A model generated the notes under the pieces. That model was not told where the DNA came from, made no database searches, and worked only from the letters and a program-made list of their open reading frames with translations. From positions 310,001-374,000 of the forward strand of contig NIVC01000309.1 of assembly GCA_002269645.1 (NCBI GenBank): a stretch of 64,000 bases of DNA. Reading direction: 5' to 3'. Numbering within the stretch: position 1 is the first letter of the stretch; every line of letters begins with the position of its first letter. The stretch comes from Macrostomum lignano. Its lineage: Eukaryota. The position numbers and the translations under genes were made by a program. This document shows positions 19,840-34,828 of this stretch, piece by piece.

Positions 19840-21480
19840 CCTCTCACTCTCCCGCCTTGCCTGTCCACCTCACACTCTCCCCCCCACTCTCCCGCCTTGC
19901 CTGTCCACCATCCACCTCACACTCTCCCCCCCCACTCTCCCGCCTTGCCTGTTCACCTCACACTCTCCCCCCACTCTCCCGCCTTGCCTGTCCACCATCC
20001 ACCTCACACTCTCCCCCCCCACTCTCCCGCCTTGCCTGTTCACCTCACACTCTCCCCCCCACTCTCCCGCCTTGCCTGTCCACCATCCACCTCACACTCT
20101 CCCCCCCCCCACTCTCCCGTCTTGCCTGTCCACCTCACACTCTCCCCCCCCACTCTCCCGCCTTGCCTATCCACCTCACACTCTCCCCCCACTCTCCCGC
20201 CTTGCCTATCCACCTCACACTCTCCCCCACTCTCCCGCCTTGCCTATCCACCTCACACTCTCCCCCACTCTCCCGCCTTGCCTATCCACCTCACACTCTC
20301 CCCCCCACTCTCCCGCCTTGCCTATCCACCTCACACTCTCCCCCCCCACTCTCCCGCCTTGCCTGTCCACCATCCACCTCACACTCTCCCCCCCACTCTC
20401 CCGCCTTGCCTGTCCACCATCCACCTCACACTCTCCCCCCCACTCTCCCGCCTTGCCTGTTCACCTCACACTCTCCCCCCCACTCTCCCGCCTTGCCTGT
20501 CCACCATCCACCTCACACTCTCCCCCCACTCTCCCGCCTTGCCTGTTCACCTCACACTCTCCCCCCCACTCTCCCGCCTTGCCTGTCCACCATCCACCTC
20601 ACACTCTCCCCCCCCACTCTCCCGCCTTGCCTGTCCACCTCACACTCTCCCCCCACTCTCCCGCCTTGCCTGTCCACCTCACACTCTCCCCCCACTCTCC
20701 CGCCTTGCCTATCCACCTCACACTCTCCCCCCACTCTCCCGCCTTGCCTATCCACCTCACACTCTCCCCCACTCTCCCGCCTTGCCTATCCACCTCACAC
20801 TCTCCCCCACTCTCCCGCCTTGCCTATCCACCTCACACTCTCCCCCCACTCTCCCGCCTTGCCTGTCCACCTCACACTCTCCCCCCACTCTCCCGCCTTG
20901 CCTGTCCACCTCACACTCTCCCCCCACTCTCCCGCCTTGCCTATCCACCTCACACTCTCCCGCCTTGCCTATCCACCTCACACTCTCCCGCCTTGCCTAT
21001 CCACCTCACACTCTCCCCCCACTCTCCCGCCTTGCCTGTCCACCTCACACTCTCCCCCCCCACTCTCCCGCCTTGCCTGTCTACCTCACACTCTCCCCCC
21101 ACTCTCCCGCCTTGCCTATCCACCTCACACTCTCCCGCCTTGCCTATCCACCTCACACTCTCCCCCCACTCTCCCGCCTTGCCTGTCCACCTCACACTCT
21201 CCCCCCCCACTCTCCCGCCTTGCCTATCCACCTCACACTCTCCCCCACTCTCCCGCCTTGCCTATCCACCTCACACTCTCCCACTCTTCCGTATTTCCTC
21301 TCTCTACTCCACTCTCCCACCTCCCTCTCTCTCACACACTCTCACACTCTCCCTCACACTCCCAACTCTCCCACCCTCCCTCTCTCTCACACACTCTCAC
21401 ACTCTCCCTCACACTCCCAACTCTCCCACCCTCCCTCTCTCTCCCCCAATCTCGCACTCTCACACGCCCCCATGCTCCCA
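19840..21480. repeat. ~39-bp C-rich minisatellite CCACCTCACACTCTCCCCCCACTCTCCCGCCTTGCCTGT
   Basis: Tandem periodicity with variable C-runs. Confidence 0.96.
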
Positions 21481-22334
21481 CACTCCCTCTCCCTGGCTCA
21501 CTCTATTAAGTTTCCTATTTAAAACTGTTCAATTCAATCTGTTTTAACCTCATTTTTTTAATTTCTAATGCTACAATGTTTTTTATGGCTCAGTTTTCTA
21601 ATAAAATTGCACCATGGATTGTAAAATGGTTAACATCACTATATTAATTTCTGATAATTGCTCTTGAAATATATATTTTAAGCAGGAATTCCCGTCTTGA
21701 GGTGCTAAAGGTGTGTCCCACTGGGATTGGGGACGACTTGGGCAAATACTCGCAATATTGGGGAATTTGCCTTGGGCTAGACGTGACGCATCATCCTTTT
21801 GCTGGTCAGCAGCTCCACAAACGCACTGTGGCAGAAAAGCATGGCAAACACTGGATGTTGTGTAAAAAAATTTCTTCACACCTATTCAAGTATTTTGGGA
21901 CATTTTGTGGGCGGGGACTGGCTGGCTAGAATTGTGTCAGAAATCCCAATGGCAAACACAAAGGAATATTTAGGGTTAGCATTTGCCTCTGTGCAGGAGG
22001 TAGGGATCAGTGCGACCTCCCACGGCGGCTGTTTGTCAGTCAGCATGGGTATTGGCATTGGCATTCAATTAGCAAATGTAAACAGACCGAGAAATGATTG
22101 AGAAATGTTTTGAAGACCCTGCAGCCACTTGAGAGAATTACACATATTGCCTTTTGCTTTTTAAACAGCACCTGGAAGCATGCAGACTTTGCGAACTGAT
22201 CATTGAGCCAAGTTCAAACCACATTACATGTGTACACTGCGACACTGCGAATCTCCTGACACAGTGCCTTTCCTCTATCAATCGAAATTTAAGCAGTTCA
22301 TTCACAATCAACCTCCTTTTAAACCTCTGTGACC

Positions 22335-23550
22335 TATACTTCTCAGTCTCTCTCTACTTCTCAGTCTCTCTCTACTTCTCAGTCTCTCTCTACTTAGTCT
22401 CTTTCTACTTCTCAGTCTCTCTCTACTTCTCAGTCTCTCTCTACTTAGTCTCTCTCTACTTCTCAGTCTCTCTCTACTTAGTCTCTTTCTACTTCTCAGT
22501 CTCTCTCTACTTCTCAGTCTCTCTCTACTTCTCAGTCTCTCTCTACTTAGTCTCTCTCTACTTCTCAGTCTCTCTACTTAGTCTCTTGTTACTTCTCAGT
22601 CTCTCTCTACTTCTCAGTCTCTCTCTACTTCTCAGTCCCTCTCTACTTCTCAGTCTCTCTCTACTTCTCAGTCTCTCTCTACTTAGTCTCTCTCTACTTC
22701 TCAGTCTCTCTACTTAGTCTCTCTTTACTTCTCAGTCTCTCTCTACTTCTCAGTCTCTCTCTACTTCTCAGTCTCTCTCTACTTAGTCTCTCTCTACTTC
22801 TCAGTCTCTCTCTACTTAGTCTCTCTCTACTTCTCAGTCTCTCTCTACTTATCAGTCTCTCTCTACTTCTCAGTCTCTCTCTACTTCTCAGTCTCTCTCT
22901 ACTTCTCAGTCTCTCTCTACTTCTCAGTCTCTCCCTTCTTCTCAGTCTCTCTCTACTTCTCAGTCTCTCTCTACTTCTCAGTCTCTCTCTACTTAGTCTC
23001 TCTCTACTTCTCAGTCTCTCTCTACTTAGTCTCTTTCTACTTCTCAGTCTCTCTCTACTTCTCAGTCTCTCTCTACTTAGTCTCTCTCTACTTCTCAGTC
23101 TCTCTACTTAGTCTCTCTTTACTTCTCAGTCTCTCTCTACTTCTCAGTCTCTCCCTACTTAGTCTCTCTCTACTTCTCAGTCTCTCTCTACTTCTCAGTC
23201 TCTCTCTACTTAGTCTCTTTCTACTTCTCAGTCTCTCTCTACTTCTCAGTCTCTCTCTACTTAGTCTCTTTCTACTTCTCAGTCTCTCTCTACTTCTCAG
23301 TCTCTCTCTACTATTCTCCTACTACTACTCCTACTACTCTCTACTCTACTCTCTCTCAGTCTCTCTCTCTACTTCTCAGTCTCCCTATACTTCTCAGTTT
23401 CTCTCTACTTCTCAGTTTCTCTCTACTTCTCAGTCTCCCTCTCCTTAGTCTCTTCTCAGTCTCTATCTGCTTCTCAGTCTCCCTCTCCTTAGTCGCTTCT
23501 TAGTCTCTCTCTACTTCTCAATCTTCCTCTTTATTTTCTCTTAGTCTCAT
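22335..23550. repeat. 18/15-bp CT-rich minisatellite (TTCTCAGTCTCTCTCTAC)n
   Basis: Tandem periodicity. Confidence 0.96.
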
Positions 23551-24041
23551 CTCAGTGTTTGTACGACTGTCCCATGCTGTCTGTCCAACAGAAAAGTCCA
23601 AAAACTTAGGGGCAAGCAGGCCCCACCCCCTGGTGCGCATATTGTTCTGCTAATTATTCGGCCCTACTAAAAGCATTACTGGCCCTAATCCCGAATCCTC
23701 AGCTTTTTTGTTAGCTCGCTCCAACCAGCCCCAGCCACTTCCTTCATTCCCTCGGTCCGCGGGGGTTGCGCAATATTCGGCTTTGGCGTCAAAATTCTAT
23801 CCCCCCCCCCGATCCCCAGCAGGCGGTCCGCGGGATCGAGGCGGGAGATGAGGATCTGGGCTGCGGGTCCAATAGGATCCCGACTGCCGCCATGCCCAAT
23901 AGGGATCAGGGATCACCGGAGCCGCCGTCGCAAAAAAACTCCAATAAATTTCGCGAATCAGTCCGCTGTCAGTTTTGCTGGCTGAATTCAAATTCCGCTC
24001 TGCCCGATTCAAAACTTTCCTGTCGAAACGCTGCTTCAAGC

Positions 24042-27000
24042 ATGGCCGGCACTGACTCGGTGGTCTGCGAACTGCGCATCGTCTTGCCGCACGCCTTCTG
24101 CCTCAACTCCCTGGACCCCGGCCGGCCGCCCGTCGTGGTTGCCAGGCGGAGATTGGAGGTTGGCAGCCGCTTTATCCCAGGCCAGGGCAGCACCTGCTCG
24201 GAGCCGCTGGTCGCATCTCAGCTGCCGCAGGAGGCCGAAATCGGCGAGGTGAGTTTGGGATTTGAAAATTGGTTGGCGAACTAATAAAGTGAGTCAGGAC
24301 TATTCGGGGTTTCCTACGAAGCGTAAATCTAGATTAATCTCCCTAGAGTTCTCATGACTCTCCTTGAGTTCTCATGACTCTCCTTGAGTTCTCATGACTC
24401 TCCTTGAGTTCTCATGACTCTCCTTGAATTCTCATGCCTCTCCTTGAGTTCTCATGCCTCTCCTTGAGTTCTCATGACTCTCCTTTGAGTTCTCATGACT
24501 CTCCTTTGAGTTCTCATGACTCTCCTTGAGTTCTCATGACTCTCCTTGAGTTCTCATGACTCTTCTTGAGTTCTCATGACTCTCCTTAGAGTTCTCATGA
24601 CTCTCCTTAGAGTTCTCATGACTCTCCTTAGAGTTCTCATGACTCTCCTTAGAGTTCTCATGACTCTCCTTGAGTTCTCATGCCTCTCCTTTGAGTTCTC
24701 ATGACTCTCCTTAGAGTTCTCATGACTCTCCTTGAGTTCTCGTGACTCTCCTTAGAGTTCTCATGACTCTCCTTGAGTTCTCGTGACCCCTTTGATGAGT
24801 TCTCATGACCCCTTTGAGTTCTCATTCTTATAACTCCCTACCGTGTTCTCACGAATCTAAACCATGTTTTCATGACTCCCTACCGTGTTCTCATGAATTC
24901 TCACGAGTCTTCAACTAATAGCCAAAAAACTCTCATCAATTTCTGACCCACAAGCACTCACATACTCACGCTTCTCACGATCCCCATGAGAACAGCATTA
25001 GTTGTTTTATGCATCAAATTTCTTCCGGAGAGATCAAACTATGAATGAAGCAGAGTTAACAATAATACGCATCTCGCGCGGTCTCTAGGGGGGGGGGGGG
25101 TTACCTCTCTCAGGAGCTGATGCGATTTCGGAAGTTGCACCACATTTTTTTCGATCTCAAAGCCGCGTCATGAAACATTGATAATAGCTCAGCTTCTCGA
25201 GAGCGTTAACAGTGAATTGCCAAGCTTAATGGCTATAAAAGAGCGACTGATAAGCTGTGAACCCGCTAGACAAACGCAATTATGCGGAGATAGCAATCTC
25301 TCAGATCACTTTCCGGACAGGCTAAAAGTTAACTAATTTCATCTCTGTTGCTTAGGCGCTTCGAAGGGAGTTTTGGGGCGAAAATTGAAAACTTCTTCTC
25401 TACAATCGTGCGCACGTGCCGTCAATCATTCTGTAGCACAGTTTCTGCTCTGTCGTGTCTATCGTCCTGTCAGCGCGTGTGTGTGTTGTTTCTGTTTTAC
25501 TCGCCTCACAACGAGAGTTTCTGGTCGCCATTTGGTCCGGGCCCAGGACTGGCCAGGTTGCAAGATGGCGCAACTTGCTCCCTCTTGGCCACGCATCCTG
25601 TAGACTCGCGTTGGCCAGTCTGACAAATTGATTTTGCCCAACACCCGCGGTCAAATTTTCTTCTCTATCTTCTATAGATTTCTTGTGCAGCTTCCCTAAT
25701 GCAAAGTAAACAGAATTGCCGCGGCAGAACAGCCTGCATGGCGACAGCTGGGCTGCGGGTAATCTCTCGCCCGGAAGTAAAAAAGTCAATCATATTTCGG
25801 CAGTATTCTTGCCAAGTGAAACTTTACTAATATCGAAAATTTTCGATAATGACGCGCCAGGGAGATCGAAGCGCCTCAAATGTGCCGACGGGGAATCTCA
25901 GCAGGCGGCCGTCCAGATCCCAACACTCTTGCCTTTCCCATCGCCCCCCCTCTGACCCCATCCCTGATCCGTGATGCAACTCGTCACGGCCCTGTCGGTG
26001 TGCGCGATCCAGCGTCATCATCTTCATCTTCATCGCTCTAAATCTTCATCGGCCCCAGCCGAATCATCCCCGATTGGACCCGTGTGACGCAACAGCGCGC
26101 GGAGGGGAGGTCGGGTCGATGGAGTTTACGAGATCGCCACCAGTGAGACCCCGTGGGGCCCGGACCAGGCCCTTCAGGGATGAGCTCACAGCGTGGCGCC
26201 TTTGGTATCAAGTTTTTTTCTTTTTATTTCTTCTTTCTCCTAATTTTATAAAATTAGAGCCCCCCGTCTGGTGCCCGTGGCGCAGTTTCTTCCCCAGATT
26301 AGAGGCGAAGGTCTTTGTAGCGTCGGTCTTTATCGCCGCGTGAATCTGCCATTTTCGCTTTGGCGAGTGGCCGAAAAAACACTCTTGGAGTCGCGGGTTT
26401 TTTCGGAATTGCGTCACAATCGAAGCGAAGGTCTTGTAGGACTTTCTCTCTCCCTCAGTCTCTCTATCTATCCATTAAAACAATCGCCAAGAATTTCCTC
26501 AACACCTTCATCACAGATCCGGGGAGCAAATCTCCCAATTCTCCCTGGTCATTTCTTCATCCCATTAAAACCCCTCCGTCTTGGAGTCGAATTTGCGAAG
26601 TCAAGTTGCTTAATCTGCGGCGGCACAATTAGGGAGGGAGGGGCATCAGCCTGCCGAGCCTTCAGTCCGCCGATCTCATCATCAGATCGGAGAGGCTGCG
26701 GGGATCACGCAATCGCGCTGTCGAGAGTGTCAGGGCCACCCTCGGTCAGACACGTCTCGCGCGAAAGGCGTCATCAGCTTCAAGGATGGCGCGAAGGGCA
26801 GAAATGAGAGAGAAGACAGCGGATCAGATCGGATGGATGCGGGGACACTTTTTTGACAGAAGTGCCGCCTCGACTGTCTGAGAAAGGACGCTGCATCGAC
26901 CGCTAATTGCCTGTTCAGCTTCGCACAGCCGGCTCTGATGCAGAACGAAATTTTAAATTGAAGGGGTGTCTGACGGCTTCACACCTGCTGAAGTTGTTTG

Positions 27001-30000
27001 GTCAAAGTTTTTTATTGCAGAATTTATTGGACTCTTCACACCCAGGAAAGTTTTAGTGGCGACTTCTTGACTCACCAATGTGTCTCAAACTCCCCAACAC
27101 TGATTGTGTCTCACCTGCAAACTGTCCAACATTGATTGTGTCTCACCTGCAAACTCTCCAACACTGATTGTGTCTCACCTGCAAACTCTCCAACACTGAT
27201 TGTGTCTCACCTGCAAACTGTCCAACACTGATTGTGTCTCACCTGCAAACTCTCCAACACTGATTGTGTCTCACCTGCAAACTCTCCAACACTGATTGTG
27301 TCTCACCTGCAAACTCTCCAACATTGATTGTGTCTCACCTGCAAACTCCCCAACACTGATTGTGTCTCACCTGCAAACTCTCCAACACTGATGGTGTCTC
27401 ACCTGCAAACTGTCCAACATTGATTGTGTCTCACCTGCAAACTCCCCAACACTGATTGTGTCTCACCTGCAAACTGTCCAACATTGATTGTGTCTCACCT
27501 GCAAACTGTCCAACATTGATTGTGTCTCACCTGCAAACTGTCCAACATTGATTGTGTCTCACCTGCAAACTCTCCAACACTGATGGTGTCTCACCTGCAA
27601 ACTGTCCAACATTGATTGTGTCTCACCTGCAAACTGTCCAACATTGATTGTGTCTCACCTGCAAACTGTCCAACATTGATTGTGTCTCACCTGCAAACTG
27701 TCCAACATTGATTGTGTCTCACCTGCAAACTGTCCAACATTGATTGTGTCTCACCTGCAAACTGTCCAACATTGATTGTGTCTCACCTGCAAACTGTCCA
27801 ACATTGATTGTGTCTCACCTGCAAACTGTCCAACATTGATTGTGTCTCACCTGCAAACTGTCCAACATTGATTGTGTCTCACCTGCAAACTGTCCAACAT
27901 TGATTGTGTCTCACCTGCAAACTCTCCAACATTGATTGTGTCTCACCTGCAAACTCCCCAACATTGGTTATATCAAAACCTGACCTTAATCTTGCACACA
28001 CTGAATCTTCCACATCCTGAATCTCCCACATCCTGAATCTCCCACACCTGGAATCTCCCATATCCTGAATCTCCCACATTCTGAATCTCCCACACCCGGA
28101 ATCTCCCATATCCTGAATCTCCCACATCCTGAATCTCCCACATCCTGAATCTCCCACACCCGGAATCTCCCATATCCTGAATCTCCTACATCCTGAATCT
28201 CCCACATCCTGAATCTCCCACATCCTGAATCTCCCACACCCTGAATCTCCCACATCCTGAATCTCCCACATCCTGAATCTCCTACATCCTGAATCTCCCA
28301 CATCCTGAATCTCCCACATCCTGAATCTCTCACATCCTGAATCTCCCACATCCTGAATCTCCCACATCCTGAATCTCTCACATCCTGAATCTCCCACATC
28401 CTGAATCTCTAACATCCTGAATCTCCCACATCCTGAATCTCCCACATCCTGAATCTCCCACATCCTGAATCTCCCACATCCTGAATATCCCACATCCTGA
28501 TCTCCTACATCCTGAATCTCCTACATCCTGAATCTCTCACATCCCGAATATCCCACATCCTGACTTATGTCATCAGATGATTCCTAAATCTCAATATAAA
28601 TATTTTGGGAAACCTTTACTCAAATCTGCATTGAGGTATATTTTGTTCAATACATATCGCCCGGAACCCACTTGGCCTCTTGTTCAAAAGTTTGTTTCCC
28701 GAGCTAATACGACTATTTAAGCACTTCGACAAATCTTATCAAGTCTCGCGAGCTCCCATCACAGTTTACGAGCTGCATGGCGCAACTGCCAATGAAAAAA
28801 GCTGCCTCAACTTTCAAGTGGCCGGGGCCTCCCCGATCGGGTGGTCCTGGCGATGAGAAGTTCGAAATGACCCGAGGGTGCAATTAAAGTAGGCCTACAA
28901 GCCAAGCCAGTGCACACAGCTGGAGCTGCATAATTTTGATGCAACTCGAATTCCCGCAAAATATTAGGGGCCATGTGTTGTTTCAAAACGACAAGCCCTC
29001 GAGAGGGTAACGTTCTCATAACTCAACTTGCCGGGCTCCAGGTTGTGAGTAGATGCAGGGGCAATTATGAGCTGTGCATAAAATCATCAACCTAATTGAC
29101 CTTCCCGACCGGGCGGGACGGGAACCCCTCCAGTTCCCCTTGAGGAGAGCGGGCGGGGACTTGAGGCATGGGGATCGAACTCCCGATACATGGAGAGCTG
29201 GTCAACAAGGCCCGCTGCTGCAGTCTGGGGCAGCTCAAGTAGACTCAACACTCGAGAGCGGAATTCGAAAAGATGACAAGCTCCAAGGCGGGCACCGAGT
29301 TTTCAAACTCTCCAAACAACGAGGGCTCGCCCCCGGCTCCTCTTGGCCTCCCAGAATCAGCAGCCCCCGTCCCTCTGTGGCTGAGCCACTCACGGAACAG
29401 CGGGGCCGCACTGGCAGTACAAGGGTGAGCGAACATTACCAGGAGGGACGCGCTCGAGTCGAAGAGCGACTACTATAAGCTGAGGCTGGAAAAATCGGTA
29501 GCTGGCCACTTGTTCATATCGAACCGCTTTCTCCAGTCAGCTTTAATTGCCCCTACGGCCAAGCCGCTCTATATATATAAAGCCGGACTGACTGTATCCG
29601 GTCTCGGAAACTCTCCAATTCTATCATTTATTCTGCTCGTTCATTCGCTTGGCAGAGACTCAGAGACTTCGGCTGCGTCCAGAGCTGGGAGAGAAGCGCA
29701 TCGGACGGCCGCCTGGTCTGGCACTGCAACTGGATTCGACTGGCGCTGCCTGTTCAGCACCCGTCGGCTGCCAACCTACTGGCTGTGCGGCAGCGCGAGA
29801 AGGTCACCTACGAGGCCATTCAACAGTTGCAGCCAGGCGATCCGTTGAAAATCTTCTACTGCGACACGACAGCCGCGGCGGCTGCAGCGGCGGCTGCTGC
29901 TGCGGTGACGACGCCTTCGCCGCAGAAGATTCACAGGCAGCTCGATCAGCAGCAGCAGCAGCAGACCGCAATGCAACAGCAACAACAGCAGCAGCATCAG

Positions 30001-33000
30001 CAGCAGCCCCGCGACTCGGGCCTGGGACAGTCGGACCTGGCGTCGACGGATTCCAGCCCGACGGAGAGCCACCACGCTGGAGTCGCCGATCAAAGTCGCC
30101 TCCCGCCGCTCGTGGAAGAGCTGCATCAGCAGTCGCAGCATCTTGAAGACGAAGCCGATGATGCAACCGTTGAAGAAGTCAACGATCGAATCGACAATGA
30201 GGACGCCGATGAAGATGATGATGCTGAGCAAGATCCCGACGAGCTCAACGATGCAGATGACACCGATTTCGATAGTACAGCTCGACGGAATCTGCTGCAT
30301 CAGTTTGATCACGGAGACGGGGAAGTAACCGGAGATGCCGGTCTCCAAGCGCCGGGACAGCCGCAGCAGCAGCCGCGCCGTCGAGTGCAGAGCAAGCGCC
30401 GCGAGACGGTCCTGCTGCCGTGCTCAGTGTGCGGCAAAAAGTTCGACCGGCCTTCGCTACTGCAGCGTCACATGCGGACGCACACCGGTAAGAAAACTCT
30501 AATGTTCATTAACATACAGAAATCAAAGGTCAGTCCGTACTCTGATCTACCCTGATCGAACTGAATCCTCACCCTCACTCAGGCGAAAAACCGCACGTCT
30601 GCGAGGAGTGCAACAAAGCCTTCAGCACGTCCTCCTCGCTGAACACTCACCGCCGGATCCACTCGGGTGAGCGGCCGCACCAGTGCCCAGTGTGCGGCAA
30701 GCGCTTCACTGCGAGCTCCAATCTGTACTATCACCGCATGACGCACAGCAAGGAGAAGCCGCACAAGTGCCAGGTGTGTCACAAGAGTTTCCCAACCCCC
30801 GGCGACCTGCGCAGCCATTTGTACGTGCACAGCGGCCGGTGGCCCTTCAAATGCGACGAGTGCGGCCGCGGATTTAGCAAGCAGACCAACTTGAAGAATC
30901 ACCTGCTGCTGCATACAGGTGAGGGTTTCATCATTGCCGATTATTCAGTAATGAAAACTGTAGATAGACAGACAGAGAATCAAGACAGAGAGGGGAAGAC
31001 AGAGAGGGGAAGACAGAGAGGGAAAGACAGAGAGGGGAAGACAGAGAGGGAAAGACAGAGAGGGGAAGACAGAGAGGGGAAGACAGAGAGGGGAAGACAG
31101 AGAGGGAAAGACAGAGAGGGGAAGACAGAGAGGGGAAGACAGATAGGGGAAGACAGAGAGGGGAAGACAGAGAGGGGAAGACAGAGAGGGGAAGACAGAG
31201 AGGGGAAGACAGAGAGGGGAAGACAGAGAGGGGAAGACAGAGAGGGGAAGACAGAGAGGGGAAGACAGAGAGGGGAAGACAGAGAGGGAAAGACAGAGAG
31301 GGGAAGACAGAGAGGGGAAGACAGAGAGGGGAAGACAGAGAGGGGAAGACAGAGAGGGGAAGACAGAGAGGGGAAGACAGAGAGGGGAAGACAGAGAGGG
31401 GAAGACAGAGAGGGGAAGATGGGGAAGGAGAGCAGTTCATAGAAAGGGAAAGCAAGTCAAGTAAGGAATTAAGATGAAGCATGAAGCTGAATGCTCCGCA
31501 GACACCCCAGGCTATTAGTTGATAATGAACTTTCAATTTCAGACCAAGCCGAGGCTAATTATTCCTACTTTATGAAGCAGAAAAGCCCCCAATTTCGAAG
31601 CCGAAATCTGAATAGCTTAAGCAAATGTTAAGTAGGAAAATATTTGACCGATGGCGGACACGGAGCGAAGAATAATAGTCTCATTTTTTGCACCCCGCGT
31701 CCATTAAAACCTTGGTTTTCACGCCGAATTAAATATTGGGATTGAACCCCACTCCCCCAAATGTATTTAGGACTGAGCAGCTCCTTCCGTGACGAGTCCA
31801 GAGCTGTGATGATGCAATGGGTCTCCCAGCTCTTTGCTGATCCCATGCATTGGGTGAGCAGGCCAGTAGGTGCGCAATCTTTCTGGGAAAGCGCCAGACA
31901 GACAGGCAGGCAGGCCAGGAGAAGGTGCTGTGGAAGATGGTACAAGAAATGTCTTAAGTGATTTATTCAGGGTCCTGTAGCCTCTGATTCCATCTCGCCA
32001 GCTTCAACAGATGGGCGTGCAAAGTTCCAGATTTCAGGGAAAGTGATTATTACTTGATTTTAGGGCGGGACAGGGTGAGAAGGGCAAAGTCTGGTGGCGC
32101 AATTAATTGCAGGTCTGTAATTAATAACGTCAGAGCCCCGGTGCTCAGATAGGGCCCTTTGTCCGTTTTTTGCTCTCAGGTTTCTTGTTTTGCAATTTGA
32201 GTCCTAATTCATATCTGCTATCCAGAAATTTAGCTGGATTGGGGATTTTGTTATTAAGTCCATCATTCCAGGTAGTAGCCATAGACTATTCCAGCTAGTA
32301 GCCATAGACTATTCCAGCTAGTAGCTATAGACTTTTAGCTAGTAGCTATAGACTATTCCAGCTAGTAGCCATAGACTATTCCAGCTAGTAGCCATAGACT
32401 ATTCCAGCTAGTAGCTATAGACTTTCAGCTAGTAGCTATAGACTATTCCAGCTAGTAGCCATAGACTATTCCAGCTAGTAGCTATAGACTTTCAGCTAGT
32501 AGCTATAGACTATTCCAGCTAGTAGCTATAGACTATTCCAGCTAGTAGCTATAGACTTTCAGCTAGTAGCCATAGACTATTCCAGCTAGTAGCTATAGAC
32601 TATTCCAGCTAGTAGCCATAGACTATTCCAGCTAGTAGCTATAGACTATTCCAGCTAGTAGCTATAGACTACTCCAGCTAGTAGCCATAGACTATTCCAG
32701 CTAGTAGCCATAGACTATTCCAGCTAGTAGCCATAGACTATTCCAGCTAGTAGCCATAGACTATTCCAGCTAGTAGCCATAGACTATTCCAGCTAGTAGC
32801 CATAGACTATTCCAGCTAGTAGCCATAGACTATTCCAGCTAGTAGCCATAGACTATTCCAGCTAGTAGCCATAGACTATTCCAGCTAGTAGCCATAGACT
32901 ATTCCAGCTAGTAGCCATAGACTATTCCAGCTAGTAGCCATAGACTATTCCAGCTAGTAGCCATAGACTATTCCAGCTAGTAGCCATAGACTATTCCAGC

Positions 33001-34595
33001 TAGTAGCCATAGACTATTCCAGCTAGTAGCCATAGACTATTCCAGCTAGTAGCCATAGACTATTCCAGCTAGTAGCCATAGACTACGTATTCTAGTCAGT
33101 GAATGGATGATACTATTCGGCATCTTATGAATAGACAATAATCACAATTTAATTACACAATTCTCTTAAATTATCTTAACAGGTGAAAAGCGTCACGAGT
33201 GCACAGTCTGTTCCAAGCGCTTCACCCTGCTCTGCAATCTGAGAACCCATATCAAGACTCACGATGGTAAGTACCTGATGTACCTAATGCAGAGACAGAA
33301 TGAATCCAAGAAGATTCACCTCTCAGTCAGTTTAACTAGTTTGTTGCTAAGGCGCCGTGCAAGCCTGCGTCATCTGAATAAAAAATGTCTGTTACACAGG
33401 TAGTTTTTAAACCCCCTACGTAATCAGACTGACCGGCCTTGCGCAACTTTGGACACTATAAAAAATAATATAAAAAGTAACTGACACGGAAAATCAACAT
33501 GGCAACTGAGGAAAGAAACACAGACTATAGCAGGTAGTGGGCTGGGAGGACCTCTGATTGCGCACTGAGAGTAATCCCTGCTTAGAGACAAAGTGGCACT
33601 TTGCCTCCTCCTTATCAGGGACGTGCATAATAATGAATGCCCGGGACACCCTGGAATTAAATTCGCCCCCCTCCCCCGGTGAGCGGACCACCGTCGCAGG
33701 CCAAACTCAGCGGGGGGTCTTCGTGACATTCCCTCGTTACAATACGGAATTAGTTTTTTTACTAGGCGTTATCTTTCTAAAATCAACTCTGGGAGTCACA
33801 AGTTGCATCTCATGGATTTCACAACGTCGAAAGGCAGAATCTTTCACAAGCTCGACTCTTTCACAGGCTTGAATCTTTCACAAGCTCGACTCTTTCACAA
33901 GCTCGACTCCTTCACAAGCTCGACTCTTTCACAGGCTTGAATCTTTCACAAGCTCGACTCTTTCACAAGCTCGACTCTTTCACAAGCTCGACTCTTTCAC
34001 AAGCTCGAATCTATCACAAGCTCGACTCTTTCACAAGCTCGACTCTTTCACAAGCTCGATTCTTTCACAAGCTCGATTCTTTCACAAGCTCGACTCTATT
34101 ATCACATCGTTTTTTTATTTTCCAGCCGAGCTGCCCACCCAGAATCAGCAGCTGGACACTTCAGGCGAGCTTTGCAGCAACGGCGACACCAAACATCATC
34201 ATCAGCTGCAGCCGGGAGCAGCCTCCGGATCTGCCGCCCTTCAGCCGACGTCAGCGGCCTCATCTGCCGCCCTGATGTTCACCTCAACGCCCCAGCAGCA
34301 ACAGCAGGTGAACGGCAGCAAGCTGATAAAAGCTGATAAAAAAATCAATTTTCGCTGTATCGACGAGCTGGCTCAGTCTTCCACTGCCGCCGCCGCCGCT
34401 GCCGCCGCCGCAACTCCCAGTTCGTCGACACGAAAGCAGGGCAGCTCGAGGCAGAAGAAGCTACCTTCGCAGCCGTCAGCGCCGATGCCACCGCAGCCGC
34501 AGCCGCAGCAACAGAGTCAAATTCTGACCCCAGTTAAACAACAGCAGCACCAACCAACATCGCCGATGTTCCAGCATCTTCAGCTGCATCATCAC

Positions 34596-34626
<31 letters not shown>

Positions 34627-34792
34627 TGCAAAGCCTCTTCGCTCTTCAAAGACAGGCCGCAGCAGCAGCCGCCAGCTGCTTCCCGCTGCCGCCGCCTCTG
34701 CCGCAGCTGCCCTCAGCAAGTTCGTTTCCCTTTCACCCTTTGCTGCCGCTGCCTCTGCCACAGCTGCCGCCAGTTCAGTGGGCCGCCGCGAT

Positions 34793-34828
<36 letters not shown>

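Noticed and set aside
24850-27060. GC-rich unique region with many short ORFs in PRDM intron 1
   Set aside because: No ORF has recognisable homology or consistent splice sites; it may be regulatory, but I cannot support that from sequence alone.
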